Assembly: GCA_964035545.1 (NCBI GenBank)
Contig: OZ037773.1
Span: 4,865,751-4,929,750 of the forward strand
Length of the DNA: 64,000 bases
Origin: Bugula neritina
Taxonomy: Eukaryota > Animalia > Bryozoa
Direction: 5' to 3'
Numbering within the stretch: the first letter of the stretch is position 1; each line of letters begins with the position of its first letter. Both the position numbers and the translations under genes were made by a program. This document shows, piece after piece, positions 1 through 11,930 of this stretch. Under the pieces are notes generated by a model, which saw only the letters and a list, made by a program, of their open reading frames with translations, was not told the DNA's origin and searched no databases.

Positions 1-2
1 AG

Positions 3-1340
3 TTTGAAGGTATCTTCAGTGACTTGCCAGGAAATGCAACGGGAATAGAACATTCTATCGAGCTCACGACTGATGAGCCAGTGAAATCCAAACCATATGG
101 ATTGCCCTACAGGGTAAGAGAAACTCTCAAGGCGGACATCGAGGACATGTTGAAGATGGGTGTTATTCGGCCATCTACCTCTCCCTACGCCTCACCAACG
201 GTGATAGTAAAGAAGCCAGATGGAAGCAACAGGATTTGTATAGACTATCGCAAACTAAACCGAGTCACAGTATTCGATCCTGAACCAATGGTGAAAACAG
301 ATGACGTTTTCAGAAAGCTCAGTAAAGATAAATACTTTACCAAACTTGATTTATCCAAGGGATACTGGCAAATACCAGTGAAGAAAGAAGATATTCCTAA
401 AACTGCATTTGTGACACCCGATGGACATTATGAATTCATCAAGATGCCATTTGGGATGGTTAACTCTGGAGCGACACTGGTGAGAGGGTTGAGAAAACTT
501 TTTGTAAATCTGAAAGGAGTGGACAACTACATTGATGACATTCTAGTGCACACGGAAAGTTGGGAAGAACACGTTAAAATGCTAACAGAAGTTTTCAGCC
601 GACTTGCCACAGCTGGACTTACCGTTAGACCAAGTAAATGTAGAGTAGGAGGAACAAACATGGAGTTCATCGGACATAAACTTTACAGGGGTGAAATCAA
701 ACCAATGGATGACAACATTGAGAAAATTAGGGCTGCGCCAAGGCCAACCAATAAGACGCAAGTGAGATCGTTCATTGGACTTACTAGTTACTACAGAGAA
801 TATATACCTCATTATTCAACTATAGCGAGTCCACTAACAGATTTAACAAAGAAGGGAGAACCAAAGAAAGTCAAATGGCAGGAACCACAAGAGAAGGCGT
901 ACACCACCTTAAAAACAATGCTGACAAGTGCACCAATTTTAAAATTGCCAGATGTACACAAACCGTTTGTGCTAAGGACGGATGCATCAGATGTTGGGCT
1001 AGGGGCAGTGCTGATGCAGCCTCAGGATGGAAAGCTGTTCCCTGTGAGTTACGCAAGTAGGAAATTACTAGACCGAGAGAGAAACTACTCAGCCATAGAG
1101 AAAGAATGCTTAGCTGTGGTATGGGCGGTCAAGAAATATCTACAGTATTTATATGGTGTGGAGTTCGTGCTGCAGACTGATCACCAACCGCTGGTGTACA
1201 TCAATCAGGCCAAATTTGAGAACAGCAGAGTGATGAGATGGGCTATGTATTTACAGAACTTCAGAATCAAGGTGGAGTCAATTAAAGGAAAGGACAATGT
1301 TGGAGCCGATTATCTAAGCCGAATTGACTCAGAATTTTAA
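3..1340 (+). CDS. pol: Ty3/Gypsy pol, 5'-partial: reverse transcriptase + RNase H
   Basis: Frame open from window start (FEGIFSDLPG). RT motifs SPYASP, RICIDYRKLN, LDLSKGYWQ, KTAF, MPFG, YIDD; RNase H motifs TDASDVGLGAVL, ERNYSAIEKECLAVVWA, TDHQPL, NVGADYLSR; stop TAA at 1338-1340. Confidence 0.97.
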   Translation, partial: FEGIFSDLPGNATGIEHSIELTTDEPVKSKPYGLPYRVRETLKADIEDMLKMGVIRPSTSPYASPTVIVKKPDGSNRICIDYRKLNRVTVFDPEPMVKTDDVFRKLSKDKYFTKLDLSKGYWQIPVKKEDIPKTAFVTPDGHYEFIKMPFGMVNSGATLVRGLRKLFVNLKGVDNYIDDILVHTESWEEHVKMLTEVFSRLATAGLTVRPSKCRVGGTNMEFIGHKLYRGEIKPMDDNIEKIRAAPRPTNKTQVRSFIGLTSYYREYIPHYSTIASPLTDLTKKGEPKKVKWQEPQEKAYTTLKTMLTSAPILKLPDVHKPFVLRTDASDVGLGAVLMQPQDGKLFPVSYASRKLLDRERNYSAIEKECLAVVWAVKKYLQYLYGVEFVLQTDHQPLVYINQAKFENSRVMRWAMYLQNFRIKVESIKGKDNVGADYLSRIDSEF

Positions 1341-1386
1341 GTAGTTAGGAGAAATGATCAAGATAATTTCTCTTAGAATGGGGGGT

Positions 1387-1938
1387 TGTCACAAATTCTG
1401 AGTGTACATATACCTATAAATAGACTTACCGGGTTTTTCCTAATGATTATACAGGAATGTTCATAAATATTCTAGACTAATCAAAGAGATGGGTCATTGT
1501 TCATTATTACTGTTTTCATTAGTCATGTTAACTACTGCCCAGCAATGTAAACAAGGTATTGCGCAATAATTGCGAAATAACCATGGAAATTCCAATGTTT
1601 TGTTTTGTTTTGATTTTCTATAAATAGTAGTGGCATGTGGGGAATGTTTCCTACTAGAATCTTCTATACTGGAATGCTTGAGAATGTTCTAGAGTTTTTT
1701 GTTTACTATAAATACTGAGGCAGTTGTGTTTACAGTTCAGTTCCTTTTTATAAGTTCATTCTCAGAGTTCATTTTTATACATTCATCTGTGCATATCTCA
1801 CTAGAGAAATAAAGTCTACTTATATCCACAACTCTATTTATTCACAACTGGATTAGCAAGCTGTATACTACTTGTCTATACACTTCTGACTACCAGACTT
1901 TTCGAACTCGTCACACTGCTACCTACAGTTTTGTGACA
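1387..1938 (+). repeat. 3' LTR, 552 bp
   Basis: Starts TGTCACAAA one base after the PPT, ends TTTGTGACA (9-bp terminal inverted repeat); contains several TATAAATA boxes and AATAAA near 1808. Confidence 0.92.
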
Positions 1939-2989
1939 ACAGTAATAGCAACACTAATAATATTCAAGTATATTCTTTCCTATTTTACTTTGTTTTAAAG
2001 AATCAAGATTTACACCACACATAAATAAAATGTTTGGTGTATCTTCATTAAGATAAAGAGCATCAGTGGGTCGATGTTTTTACCTACAATTTCTATTCAT
2101 AAAATGACTTTAGCTAAATAAGAAATTAAGTCAAGTCTAAGCATATCATATTATATAATCTCAATTGGGAATATTAAAAATGACCAAAGTTGCAAAAGGA
2201 AGAAAAACAGTTCTCAAAGTCTAAACAATATTTGCTTCCTTATGTCTGTAATAAAATAGAAGTTGTTATATATAGCTCATTATAGGCATCTTGACCAAAT
2301 TTTGTTTTTAACTTTCTGTAGTTTCTATATACTTTTCACTTAAAATTGGGTTATCAATTGAAATTATTGAAATATTTACTGCAAGTATGAAAAAAATGGA
2401 GTAGCATTGTATTATCTGAAATGATATTTTGATGATTTATTTTTCTCATTAATGCTACTGAATAATGTGCTCCTCATATTTTACATCCTTTTCCCTATTT
2501 GTCTACACTACAACATACATTTGTGATAGATCTGTATATTATTCTAGCTGGCAGCTGGCTGGCATGCAAGATGTAAAATATTTTAAACAATTAAATGTAG
2601 TAAAGCATTTTTGGTCTTATACTCTTATTACCAGATTACCATATTTACCAACAAGATTTATGCATACACCCCTTAAGAATTAATTTGTAATGCTGGCTCA
2701 CTCGCTAGTGGCATTGCCATTACGCTTAGTACTTCTGTGGCACGGCATTAGTCTTAGTATCTGTTTCATTTGTTTCTCAACTGCTAACATGTTTAAGAGC
2801 TGTGTCTTAATAATATGATATATCTATTAAAAGATGCATGTTTTAAATTGTTTAATAACCACTTTTACTAATCTATTGTTGTAGTTTTGTGCACTACTAA
2901 GTGGAGTGTTACTGTATACACAAGCTTTTACTGCATATTTAACTAGGAGGTTATGCGAAGAATCGAAATAGTTGCAGTTTGTAAAGAAC

Positions 2990-3269
2990 TGTATTGGAAA
3001 TCTAATAAGATACAATCGAAACCATTAATAGTAGCAAAGAAATACAATATAGAAAACAGTTACACAGGGTTATCTTAATCTATTTGATAGTTATTCTCCA
3101 ACTGAGGCTTGGCTCTGGAGAGAGCTGTTTATATCCAAGGGATTGGTCCTGATTGGCCAGTGTAGAGCTCCGGCGGTATTGCCGTATAGGGATTGACGCG
3201 GTGCTGCATGGGATCCTGGCATCACTATCGGAGTTGTAGTCTTTTGGAACTTTTATGCCTCATAATACA
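2990..3269 (-). mobile_element. Possible solo LTR of a different family
   Basis: TGTATT...AATACA termini; on the minus strand two CCAAT boxes, TATAAA, then CAGTT; GC-richer than flanks. No matching TSD seen. Confidence 0.35.
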
Positions 3270-3749
3270 ATACAAGTACTTATAGGTAAGGGGTACTGCA
3301 TGGGGTATCTTCTCACAGCTACTACACCATTAACATTTTTAATATAATGAAAAAATTGATCGTAAGTTGAATCAAATATTGTATTCTTTCAACACAACTA
3401 CATTTAAAACAACACTCATACAGAAAACGTCTTCAGCTTCAAATCTGGTAAAGGCTGAAGTGATCACGATAAAAAAGTAACTGGTACTCATATCTGTTTT
3501 CAAAGTTTATATACAGCTGCTATCAAACCCCTTAAGGTTCTTGCTGGCTGTCAATACACTAATAATTATAGAAAAGCCTTAACTCAAATAAACAAAAATT
3601 AAAATATAATTCAGAATGCCTATCGATTTTAGACATGTATTTCCTTCTTCATTTAAATAATAAAGCTTCTAACAGATAGATCTTAATTTTATACAATGAT
3701 ATTACAACGTATTTACTGTGAGAAGTCATTCCTAGTAATCTGCATGTAG

Positions 3750-4725
3750 CTAGGTATGATTCACTTGTGGGGTGACAGCATTGCTTGGTTTGCATTTGAG
3801 TAATTTCTTGAGACGTTGAATGTAGGAAGGATTCAAATAAATAAACAGAATGACATTTAGAGTTCCATATAATCCCTGGATTATGAAAGCACTTACGTCA
3901 ATTAATTTAGTTTTGTTCTCTGGCAGCTTGTCTAGTTTTTTTTGCTATCATAGCAATGATTGGCGGAAAGAATGACAAGTAAAACAAGATGCTTGTAAGC
4001 AACACATATTTTGCTGCCTTCTTAAGTTCTTCATCTTCTGCAAATTGAGTTGCTCTGCGAGACATTCGTTTTAGTTCCACACCCACTTTACCAAGAGTTA
4101 CTATGGTTATCACAGCAGGTGCGCCAAAGAGTGGGAGCTGAACGGCAGTTGTCAGTGGAGTCTGGTTGGAGAATGTGAGGCCAAAATCATTGACGCAGAA
4201 ATTTAATAAATACAAGGACTTTATAATCACTGAAATCACAAAGCTGACAATCCAGATGATGATGTAGCCAACTGCCAAGTGTTGAACGACTTTGTTGGTT
4301 GCATATTTGAATGGTGTGCAGATTGCAACATACCTTTCATAACTTGCTAAAGCGAGAACAGAATTTCGAATTATCATGGATATAAAAGTTGGAATTGCAA
4401 TTCCCAATAGAAGCATTTTGGAGGCATCTTCCTGCTGATCCAAAATGAAAAGTTTCAGTGAACAATCCATTTGTATAATAAGCATTAAACTAGCAAAAAT
4501 ATCAGAGGAGCCGATATTCATCAGAGTCCAGAAATACTTGGTACTTTTCAATTTCTTGATAGAAAATAGTACAATAATGTGTAAAATGTTTACCAATATT
4601 GTCACCGAACTGATGCCCACGATAGCCTTTGACCCAGTTTTGTAGCCACATACTTCTGTAATAATTGTCGAGTTAAAACACAGAAGATCACTGTTTGCTG
4701 TTCCACTGGATTTAGTCAAATTCAT
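3750..4725 (-). pseudogene. Intronless rhodopsin-like (class A) GPCR, copy 1, with +1 frameshift (pseudogene or assembly indel)
   Basis: ATG 4725 (MNLT sequon), hydrophobic helices, ASYERYVAIC (E/DRY). Removing one base from the T8 run at 3936-3943 restores TM7 and tail (IIQGLYGTLNVILFIYLNPSY...VTPQVNHT*), ~324 aa, colinear with copy 2. Confidence 0.85.
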
Positions 4726-6756
4726 AGCTCCTTGATCGAGTGGCAATAAAATCTTTCAGAACAAATTTTGCTTGTAAAGAGATGAACCATGGAAATATGT
4801 GTTTATGTTGCATAGTATAATATTAAATTCTATTAAACACATATTGCTTTGAATAACAGATACGTATTAAAATATCAATATACTAAGTAATTATATTCTT
4901 GTAACTTAAAAGTCATGAAGAAATGTCAACATAGTTACTGTATACATGTCTTTTTCCGGTTTATTTTGTCACCTTGCAATATTGTTGTTTTATACATAGC
5001 TGTACTATGTAAAGTTTAATTATAACATTGTATGTGACAGATATAATGTATATCATAAAGATCTCATTATAATAAGTAATTATATATGCCATTCATTTGA
5101 AAGTTTGCTGGGCTATTATGTAATATTTTAAAATAGATATTGTATGGATGTCAAATGTCAATGTCAAAACTTTTCAATATTTAAGATATTAGGAATATTT
5201 ACAATTACTTTGTGCCATCAGCTACTCAAGCAATTTCTTACTTCTATAACAGGCAAATAATGGTTAAGCTGTCAACTTAGATTGGGAGTTACATTTTTGA
5301 TGAATGTTTATAGTCTTGCATTGCATTTTAGCTAGTTGAAATTACTGGTTCACACCTGAAATAAAATAATCAGTTACAGTAAATGTTTTTTTATGAACAT
5401 CAACATTTTTCCTGTCTTGGAAAGTGAAGACATTGACCAGAATATTATCTGAATTAAATAAAATAATATTTTATTGAGGAAAAATAAAAATTCGAAGATC
5501 CGCTGATTTTGATTATTTATAGGCCATGCAAGTTACCAAAATTATTTAAAAGTGTACATTATTTTGTAATAAAGAAAGCCAATGAAAAGTCTTTCAATGG
5601 TATAACTATAACCCAGTAAAAAGCTGTGCCGGTGCTTTTGGGTAATTAATAATGCACTGGCTATAATACTACGTGACATGTACACAGCACGAATTCTTTT
5701 AAATTGCAATAAGCCTGTTACAAAATTGTTAATTAGCATGTTTTATTATAAATTTATTTTAATTTCTGGTAATATTAAAAGATACTATATACAAATCAAC
5801 CAAAATTGTGTGAATTTGAAGAAATTAAACAGAATCCAATCAATAAGACCTCCTAAACTCTAACACTGATATAAACAAAAATTATCATGAGAGATTTACA
5901 TATTTACAGTAAAGAAAAAGCATTTTATACACGTGAACTTTTTATATAAATAAGAAAAGTGCTAGAAATTAAAAAAAAATGTGTAATGGTGCTACAACAT
6001 ATTTATGTAATGATTCCTATTTATTATCTGCATACAAATAAGTTGTAAACAATTAAATTATTAAACTTTTAAAAACTTCCAATATTAAAAATTACTTAAA
6101 ATATTGGCAATGCCTAGGACTTTGTACCGTTAGCTGACAAATTTTTTTTTCTATAATATTTATGAAAATAGCTATTTACCTTTGCAATTAGTTTAAGTTC
6201 TAAAAATTTTTTATTCAGAATTGTAATTATTACTTATAGCAGTGTAAAGATTTAAATTTCATGCGGCTTTTTCAAAAAAAATTCTGCTTCACTCAGCAAT
6301 TTATATAATATCAATAAAAATTTTATTATCATGAAAAAAATTGTCATGATTAAAAAGGATAAAATGCAAGCTGCATGAATGTGATTTATTTAATGTGCAC
6401 AAAGTCACATTGGTTATTATAGAGTTTGAGAGTTTCACGTGTTCTTTGAGCTTGCTTTCTTAAGAATATTTGCAGTTAGAAGTCGTCTTCTTAGTGTCAG
6501 CTCCTACATCTTATAATACTGATGATAATATATAGAAACGACTTGTGCAACTCCCTTTTATTGTGCATAAAACTCATTAAGACTAATCAACTAAATATTA
6601 CCTAGCAAAATAATGAAGAGTTTGTTGTTTTTTACCTCAAAATATGATGGAAAACTTGCTAGAATACACATGTATATATAAATCTATATTTTGGGAATTT
6701 GATTTTATGTTTCCATGCAAACTGTACTTTTAACTACCATTTCCATGATAATGTAG

Positions 6757-6979
6757 GGGGAGCACCCATGGCCTAAAGATTAGAACGTTTATGCTTAGCA
6801 AATGGCAATTTAGTCAATAGTTCATAAACCGGACAAAGGATATTGGTGATGTTAAGAAGAGCATCCAGTTATAATTACTCCTGTGCCCTATCTGGATAAA
6901 TCTTTAGCCCGATTTAACAAAAAGCCTTTTTAATCAGGATTTTCTCACAGGGATGGCGACTATAAACCTGCGTGAGTTT
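6757..6979 (+). mobile_element. tRNA-derived SINE, copy 1, with TSD
   Basis: A/B-box-like head, core TGGTGATGTTAAGAAGAGCATCCAG, tail GCGACTATAAACCTGCGTGAG-(T)n; 17-bp direct repeat TTTCCATGATAATGTAG at 6740-6756 and 6980-6996. Confidence 0.88.
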
Positions 6980-7244
6980 TTTCCATGATAATGTAGACGA
7001 AACATTTTAGATCTTGCTTGTTTTACCAACATGCTCATAGAATCAATACTATAGATGTATCAATAGTTTATAAATAATTAGTAAAGCTGCGATACAACAT
7101 CCCCTATCTCTAGTACACACTCTTATATACCCATCATGCGTAATATTGATAACCACACAGGCTGCACCTGAACCAAACTCTGTATGGCTATATAGCTAAA
7201 TTGACTCAGTTTGTACGTAGTTGTGCTCTCTTTGCATGCCGGAG

Positions 7245-7381
7245 GGGAGGGGTGGAGTGTGCTGAGGGTGGAGTGTGCTGGGGGTGCAGTGTGCTGGGGG
7301 TGGAGTGTGCTGGGGGTGTATGTGGTGGGGGTGCAGTGTGCTGGGGGGGGGGGGAGTGTGCTGGGGGTGCATGTGGTGGGG
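7245..7381. repeat. G-rich degenerate minisatellite (GAGTGTGCTGGGGGTG-like)
   Basis: Directly visible; many G3-G13 runs, G-quadruplex potential. Confidence 0.85.
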
Positions 7382-9437
7382 ATTATAATTGGTTAGCCAT
7401 CAATTTCAAATTGTTATGTAAAGTCATCAAATTTTTTTTACTTTTGATCAGAACCAGTTAGCTCAGTGTAATTATTTTAATTAGCCCCATACACAGTACT
7501 ATAAGATTGATTGAATGTATTGATTGAATATTGTATAGACTTTGATTATAATTATAAATTAATCCCAACTCACTATAATAATTATATACAGTAATGGCAA
7601 AACTAATAATTAATAGTTAAAGCTTATTCATTCCTATTTTGCTAGGAAATTATTACAAGAATATGCTACTGCATGGTGCTTGTTTGTCTGCCTTCAACTA
7701 TTCCATTTAAAAATGAAAGTGTTACTTAAATCATTTGTCAACCTATCTGCTCTTTAAAAAAATAAGTTTAATTGCTAAATCACTTGAATTAGTTGACACT
7801 GCTTGTTTATTATTATAAAGTGTAATATTGAGTTTATATGGCTATATCTGAATTCTATATTACTTTTGAAAAATAATTGCCTCCACTGGGATTCGAACCC
7901 AAGGCCTCTGCTATATATGAATATATAGCACCTTTCCATATTAGAGTAATATTGTTATTGCAATACCCCGCAATCCTTACCTTTACATTGATCACTCCTG
8001 CCACACCATAATGCCTTCTTCTCTCTTTACTGCACATCCCCTTCTCTCCAGTACACACTCTTATATACCCAGAATATTTAAACTTGTAGAGTTAGATGCT
8101 AGCTATTGTATAACCACACATGGCACGCCCCACATTCTATATTGCTATAACAAAATCGACTTTTTCCATAGTTTTGCTCTTATTGCATGATAAAGGGAAT
8201 AAATGGATAGCAATCTATTCAAATTGCACCTATAATATTAGCATTACTAACTGCTTTACTTCTATAAAATCTTCTACTTCTACTGTGAAATCTATGAAAA
8301 TATAAACTGATTGGCAAAATATTATCAAGAAATTTTCCATAAAAGTGTTGATGATAAATTTAATTAATTTCTGGAACTTCATACTAAATTTCATTTTATA
8401 AAAAAACTAGATACATAAATCTATATCCACTGCTTTTAATATTTTAGTATATGAACATATAGATGAACACTCTATAGTTTACATGATTTAAGACAGTAAA
8501 CGTTTTATAAATTTGTTATTCATTCAAGTTAGCATAATAGCTTGAAAATATATTTTTATAGAAAAAATTTGACTGGCATTGAAATGAATCTAGAAAACCT
8601 TTAACGTGATATATGCATTACATTGCCATTATCACATAATGAGCAGTCTTGGAAACACCGTGATATAGCAGCAAAGATGTGTTGCTATGATTTGCTCAAT
8701 GCTGGCATGCTTTTAATATAACTATACCAATGTAATTTATTTTTATAGGTTCCTAAGTAATATTTCAGACTGCTCTATTTCATATGATTTTAGGTGAATA
8801 GAAAGGAGTTATATATATATATACTAAGTATACGCCTTGTCTATAAGGTTATATATAAGGTGCAGGAAGTAAGAAAAGCCCATGTTCTAGTCTTCTAAAA
8901 TACAAATGTAGCAAAACCAGTTATGTCCTTAGCAGATTTGATCCATTCCTCAAACCAAAAATTATCAGGAAAATTAAAGAACTTGCGCTATCTAAGTTTC
9001 TTTACTACTTTATACATAACTGTATATTACATGCTTATAGTACGGACACAGTTACTGCAGGTACTCACTAATGATGAGAATTATAGTCAAATTATAAAGT
9101 GCTATAATTTAACAACAATAATTATTTTATTGCATATTCTAATAATAAAAAATAGATCAAAATTATTAAAAAAAAACATATTTTCAATGCAACTTCATAA
9201 AACAACATTTAACAACCTTTGAAAGTTAACCTGTTAAAAATATTAATTATCACACAAATATGCTTTAATTCATAAATTCAAGTACACAATATATAAAATA
9301 TGCAGTGCTTTTTACCATTACACATAATTTACCTCTTTTATGAATATCAAGTCTTAAAGGTTAGAGTTATAACTTGCATGTACAATGACAGTACAATATA
9401 TTTTCTGTAAAGAGTCAGTCTTAGGATCTACATGTAG

Positions 9438-10410
9438 CTAGTTGTGACCAACTTGCGGTGTGACAGAATGGCCTAATTTACACTTGAGTAGTTTCCTTAG
9501 TTGTTGAATGTATGAGGGGTTTAAATATATAAATAATATAACATTCAAAGTTCCATATATCCCTTGGACTATGAAAACACTCATCTCGAATGGTTTAGCT
9601 TCTTCTTCAGGCAGCTTACCTAGTCTTTTTGCACCCATGGCAATAAATGGAGGAAAGAACGTCAGGTACAGGAAGATACTTGTCAGTAACACATATTTTC
9701 CTGCTTTCTTGAGTTCTTCATCTTCTGCAAGTTGAGTTGCTCTAAGAGACATCTGTTTTAATTCCACACCCACTTTACCCAGAGTTACTATGGTTACCAC
9801 AGCAGGTATACCAAACAATATAAACTGAATAGCACTAGCTGGAAAAGATGTAGTAGGGAATGCAAGTACCAAATCATTTATACAGTATTGTCCAAAATTG
9901 ATAGCTCCCATATTAGCTGAGATCACAAAACTGACGATCCAGATGGAGACATACGCAATTGCTAAGTGCTGAACGATTTTGTTGGTTGCATATTTGAATG
10001 GTGTACAAATTGCAACATACCTTTCATAACTTGCTAAAGAGAGGATACAGTTTCTAAGATTCAATGACATAGCATAAAAAACGGCAATTGTGACAAGAAA
10101 CATTGGTGAAATTTCCCCCTCCTGGTTCAAAATTAGGTGTTTGAGTGAGCAGTCCACTTGTACGATAAACATTAAACTAACAAAAATATCAGAAGAGCCA
10201 ATATTCACTAGAGTACAGAAATACTTGGTACCTCTCAATTTTCTTGATAGAAGAAAGAACAATAATGTGTAAAATGTTTACCAATATTGTCACCACGCTG
10301 ATGCCCATGATAGCATTTGACCCGGTTTTGTAATCACATATTTCTGCAACAGCCGCATCCTCACACAGCAGGTTACTGCTAGTTGTTTTGTTTATGGCGG
10401 TCAGATTCAT
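9438..10410 (-). pseudogene. Intronless rhodopsin-like GPCR, copy 2, with +1 frameshift
   Basis: ORFs 10189-10410 and 9438-10262 join if one base is removed from T4 at 10239-10242 (AAG AAAA TTG vs AAG AAA TTG in copy 1); ~323 aa; ASYERYVAICTPFKYATNK shared with copy 1. Confidence 0.85.
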
Positions 10411-11492
10411 GACGGTTTTTCTAATGAAGCGACTATAGCACTGAAAAAATTCTTAATAGTAATTTCTATTTGCAATACGATCGGCAATGTGTGACACTAG
10501 CTTCAGCACCATAGCCAAGTTGTGTTGGTGCTTTTCTTTTATAAGCTGTGAACACGATTCAATTATATATATTGCTATTAAGTATAATAATATTATGTTT
10601 TACTAAATGCATCTATAGTAAATTATATATATAGTACATATATCATATAAAATTCATTATAATAAGTAGCTTGAAAGAAATGTGAATATGTAATAGCTGG
10701 AACAACATTTATAGCGTAGATATAATTAAAATGCTTGTGCCATTAACTAATGAATGCTGGTTTCATGAATAAAATATGCTAAATTAAAAACATTTTAATA
10801 TATCATGATTAGAGTTTTTCTTACGTTTAATGATGCTAAAAGCTTATATAATCTTAGTTTAGTTTAGTAAAAATGTTTATTTATACCTTATATGGTAATT
10901 TTTATAGCAATATAAACTTATATTTTCACAATTTAGGAAAAGTATAAAGTGTTTTTGAGCAACAATTATTTAAGTTTAAACAGCAATTTGAATACTTCTG
11001 CAGTGTAAAAAAACATAGAAATCAAATCATATACAATCTATGTGTGCTAATCCTTATAAAATATGATGAAAACAGGTGCTGGTATGTAAACAAAAAGAAT
11101 ATTAGCGCGTATCCAAGTACGTCTCTATATAGAAACGATTTCTTATTGTGAACTCCTATGTTCAACGACATTGACAATTAAGAAACGATTAGTGCAGCTC
11201 TCTTTTGCTTTGTGATACAACAACAGCTGAAGACTCGGCAAACAACTTTTTTCAGACCATTAATTTAGTCACTGGAGTAATATGCAAAGCAGAATCTTGA
11301 AATATTATCCTAACTGAGACATAACAGTCACTTTGGTTTGTGTGTATTTATAATGATGAACAAACCACTGAAGGTATGGAGATTGGCTATAATGTTGAGT
11401 AACATGCATTTTATTCCAGGCTTTGTTTATATTGATTATAAGCAACATGGACAGCTAAATTTCAAAACAATAGTTATAGTGAAAATTCGTAA

Positions 11493-11930
11493 GGGTCATT
11501 TTGCTTTATTTAATACTTGGCAACAAATTATGACCAAAGATTAAAGTATGATCAAAACTAATTAAAATTTACTATATTGGGTAATTTTATGTGCTAATTC
11601 TAACTATGGACAGCAAAAAATACTTGGAAAGGGTTTTGCAGCATTATAGCACAACATCATTGTCATATACGCAAAATATATATGTGTAGACGGTAATGAA
11701 AAAACCATCACGGCCTGCACATACCAACTTACTAAAAAATTACAAAAAAACATAAAAATTCAAGCAAAATTTAAAAAAAACTTTGATTATTCAGCTTTAT
11801 TTACTAATATTTTATTATGATTTAAGACAAAAAACATTACATAAACATTAGCAGCTAAATTGGGAAAAATAGCTAAAAACTAGAAATAATATATCTCAAG
11901 TGTGTACTAAATTATCAGTAAAATAGTGCA
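11493..11930. mobile_element. Diverged copy of the foldback MITE family seen at 31.8-32.2 kb
   Basis: GGGTCATTTT at ~11493; 11695-11930 aligns by eye with the right arm of the 31.8-kb element (CAAGCAAAATT, GATTATTCAG, TAGCAGCTAAATTG, AGTGTGTACTAAATT). Confidence 0.6.

Larger units (their letters stand above)
1..1938 (+). mobile_element. 3' portion of a Ty3/Gypsy LTR retrotransposon (Gmr1-like order inferred)
   Basis: pol ORF, polypurine tract AGAATGGGGGG (1375-1385), then TG...CA LTR. Confidence 0.93.

Noticed and set aside
582-1060. Small overlapping ORFs inside pol
   Set aside because: Shadow frames with no motifs.
3936-3943. Programmed ribosomal frameshifting in the GPCRs
   Set aside because: The two paralogs shift at different, non-conserved positions and no stimulatory structure is evident.
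7868-7935. tRNA gene on the minus strand (GGTTCGAATCC)
   Set aside because: Only a B-box/T-arm; no convincing cloverleaf or A-box; probably a SINE remnant.
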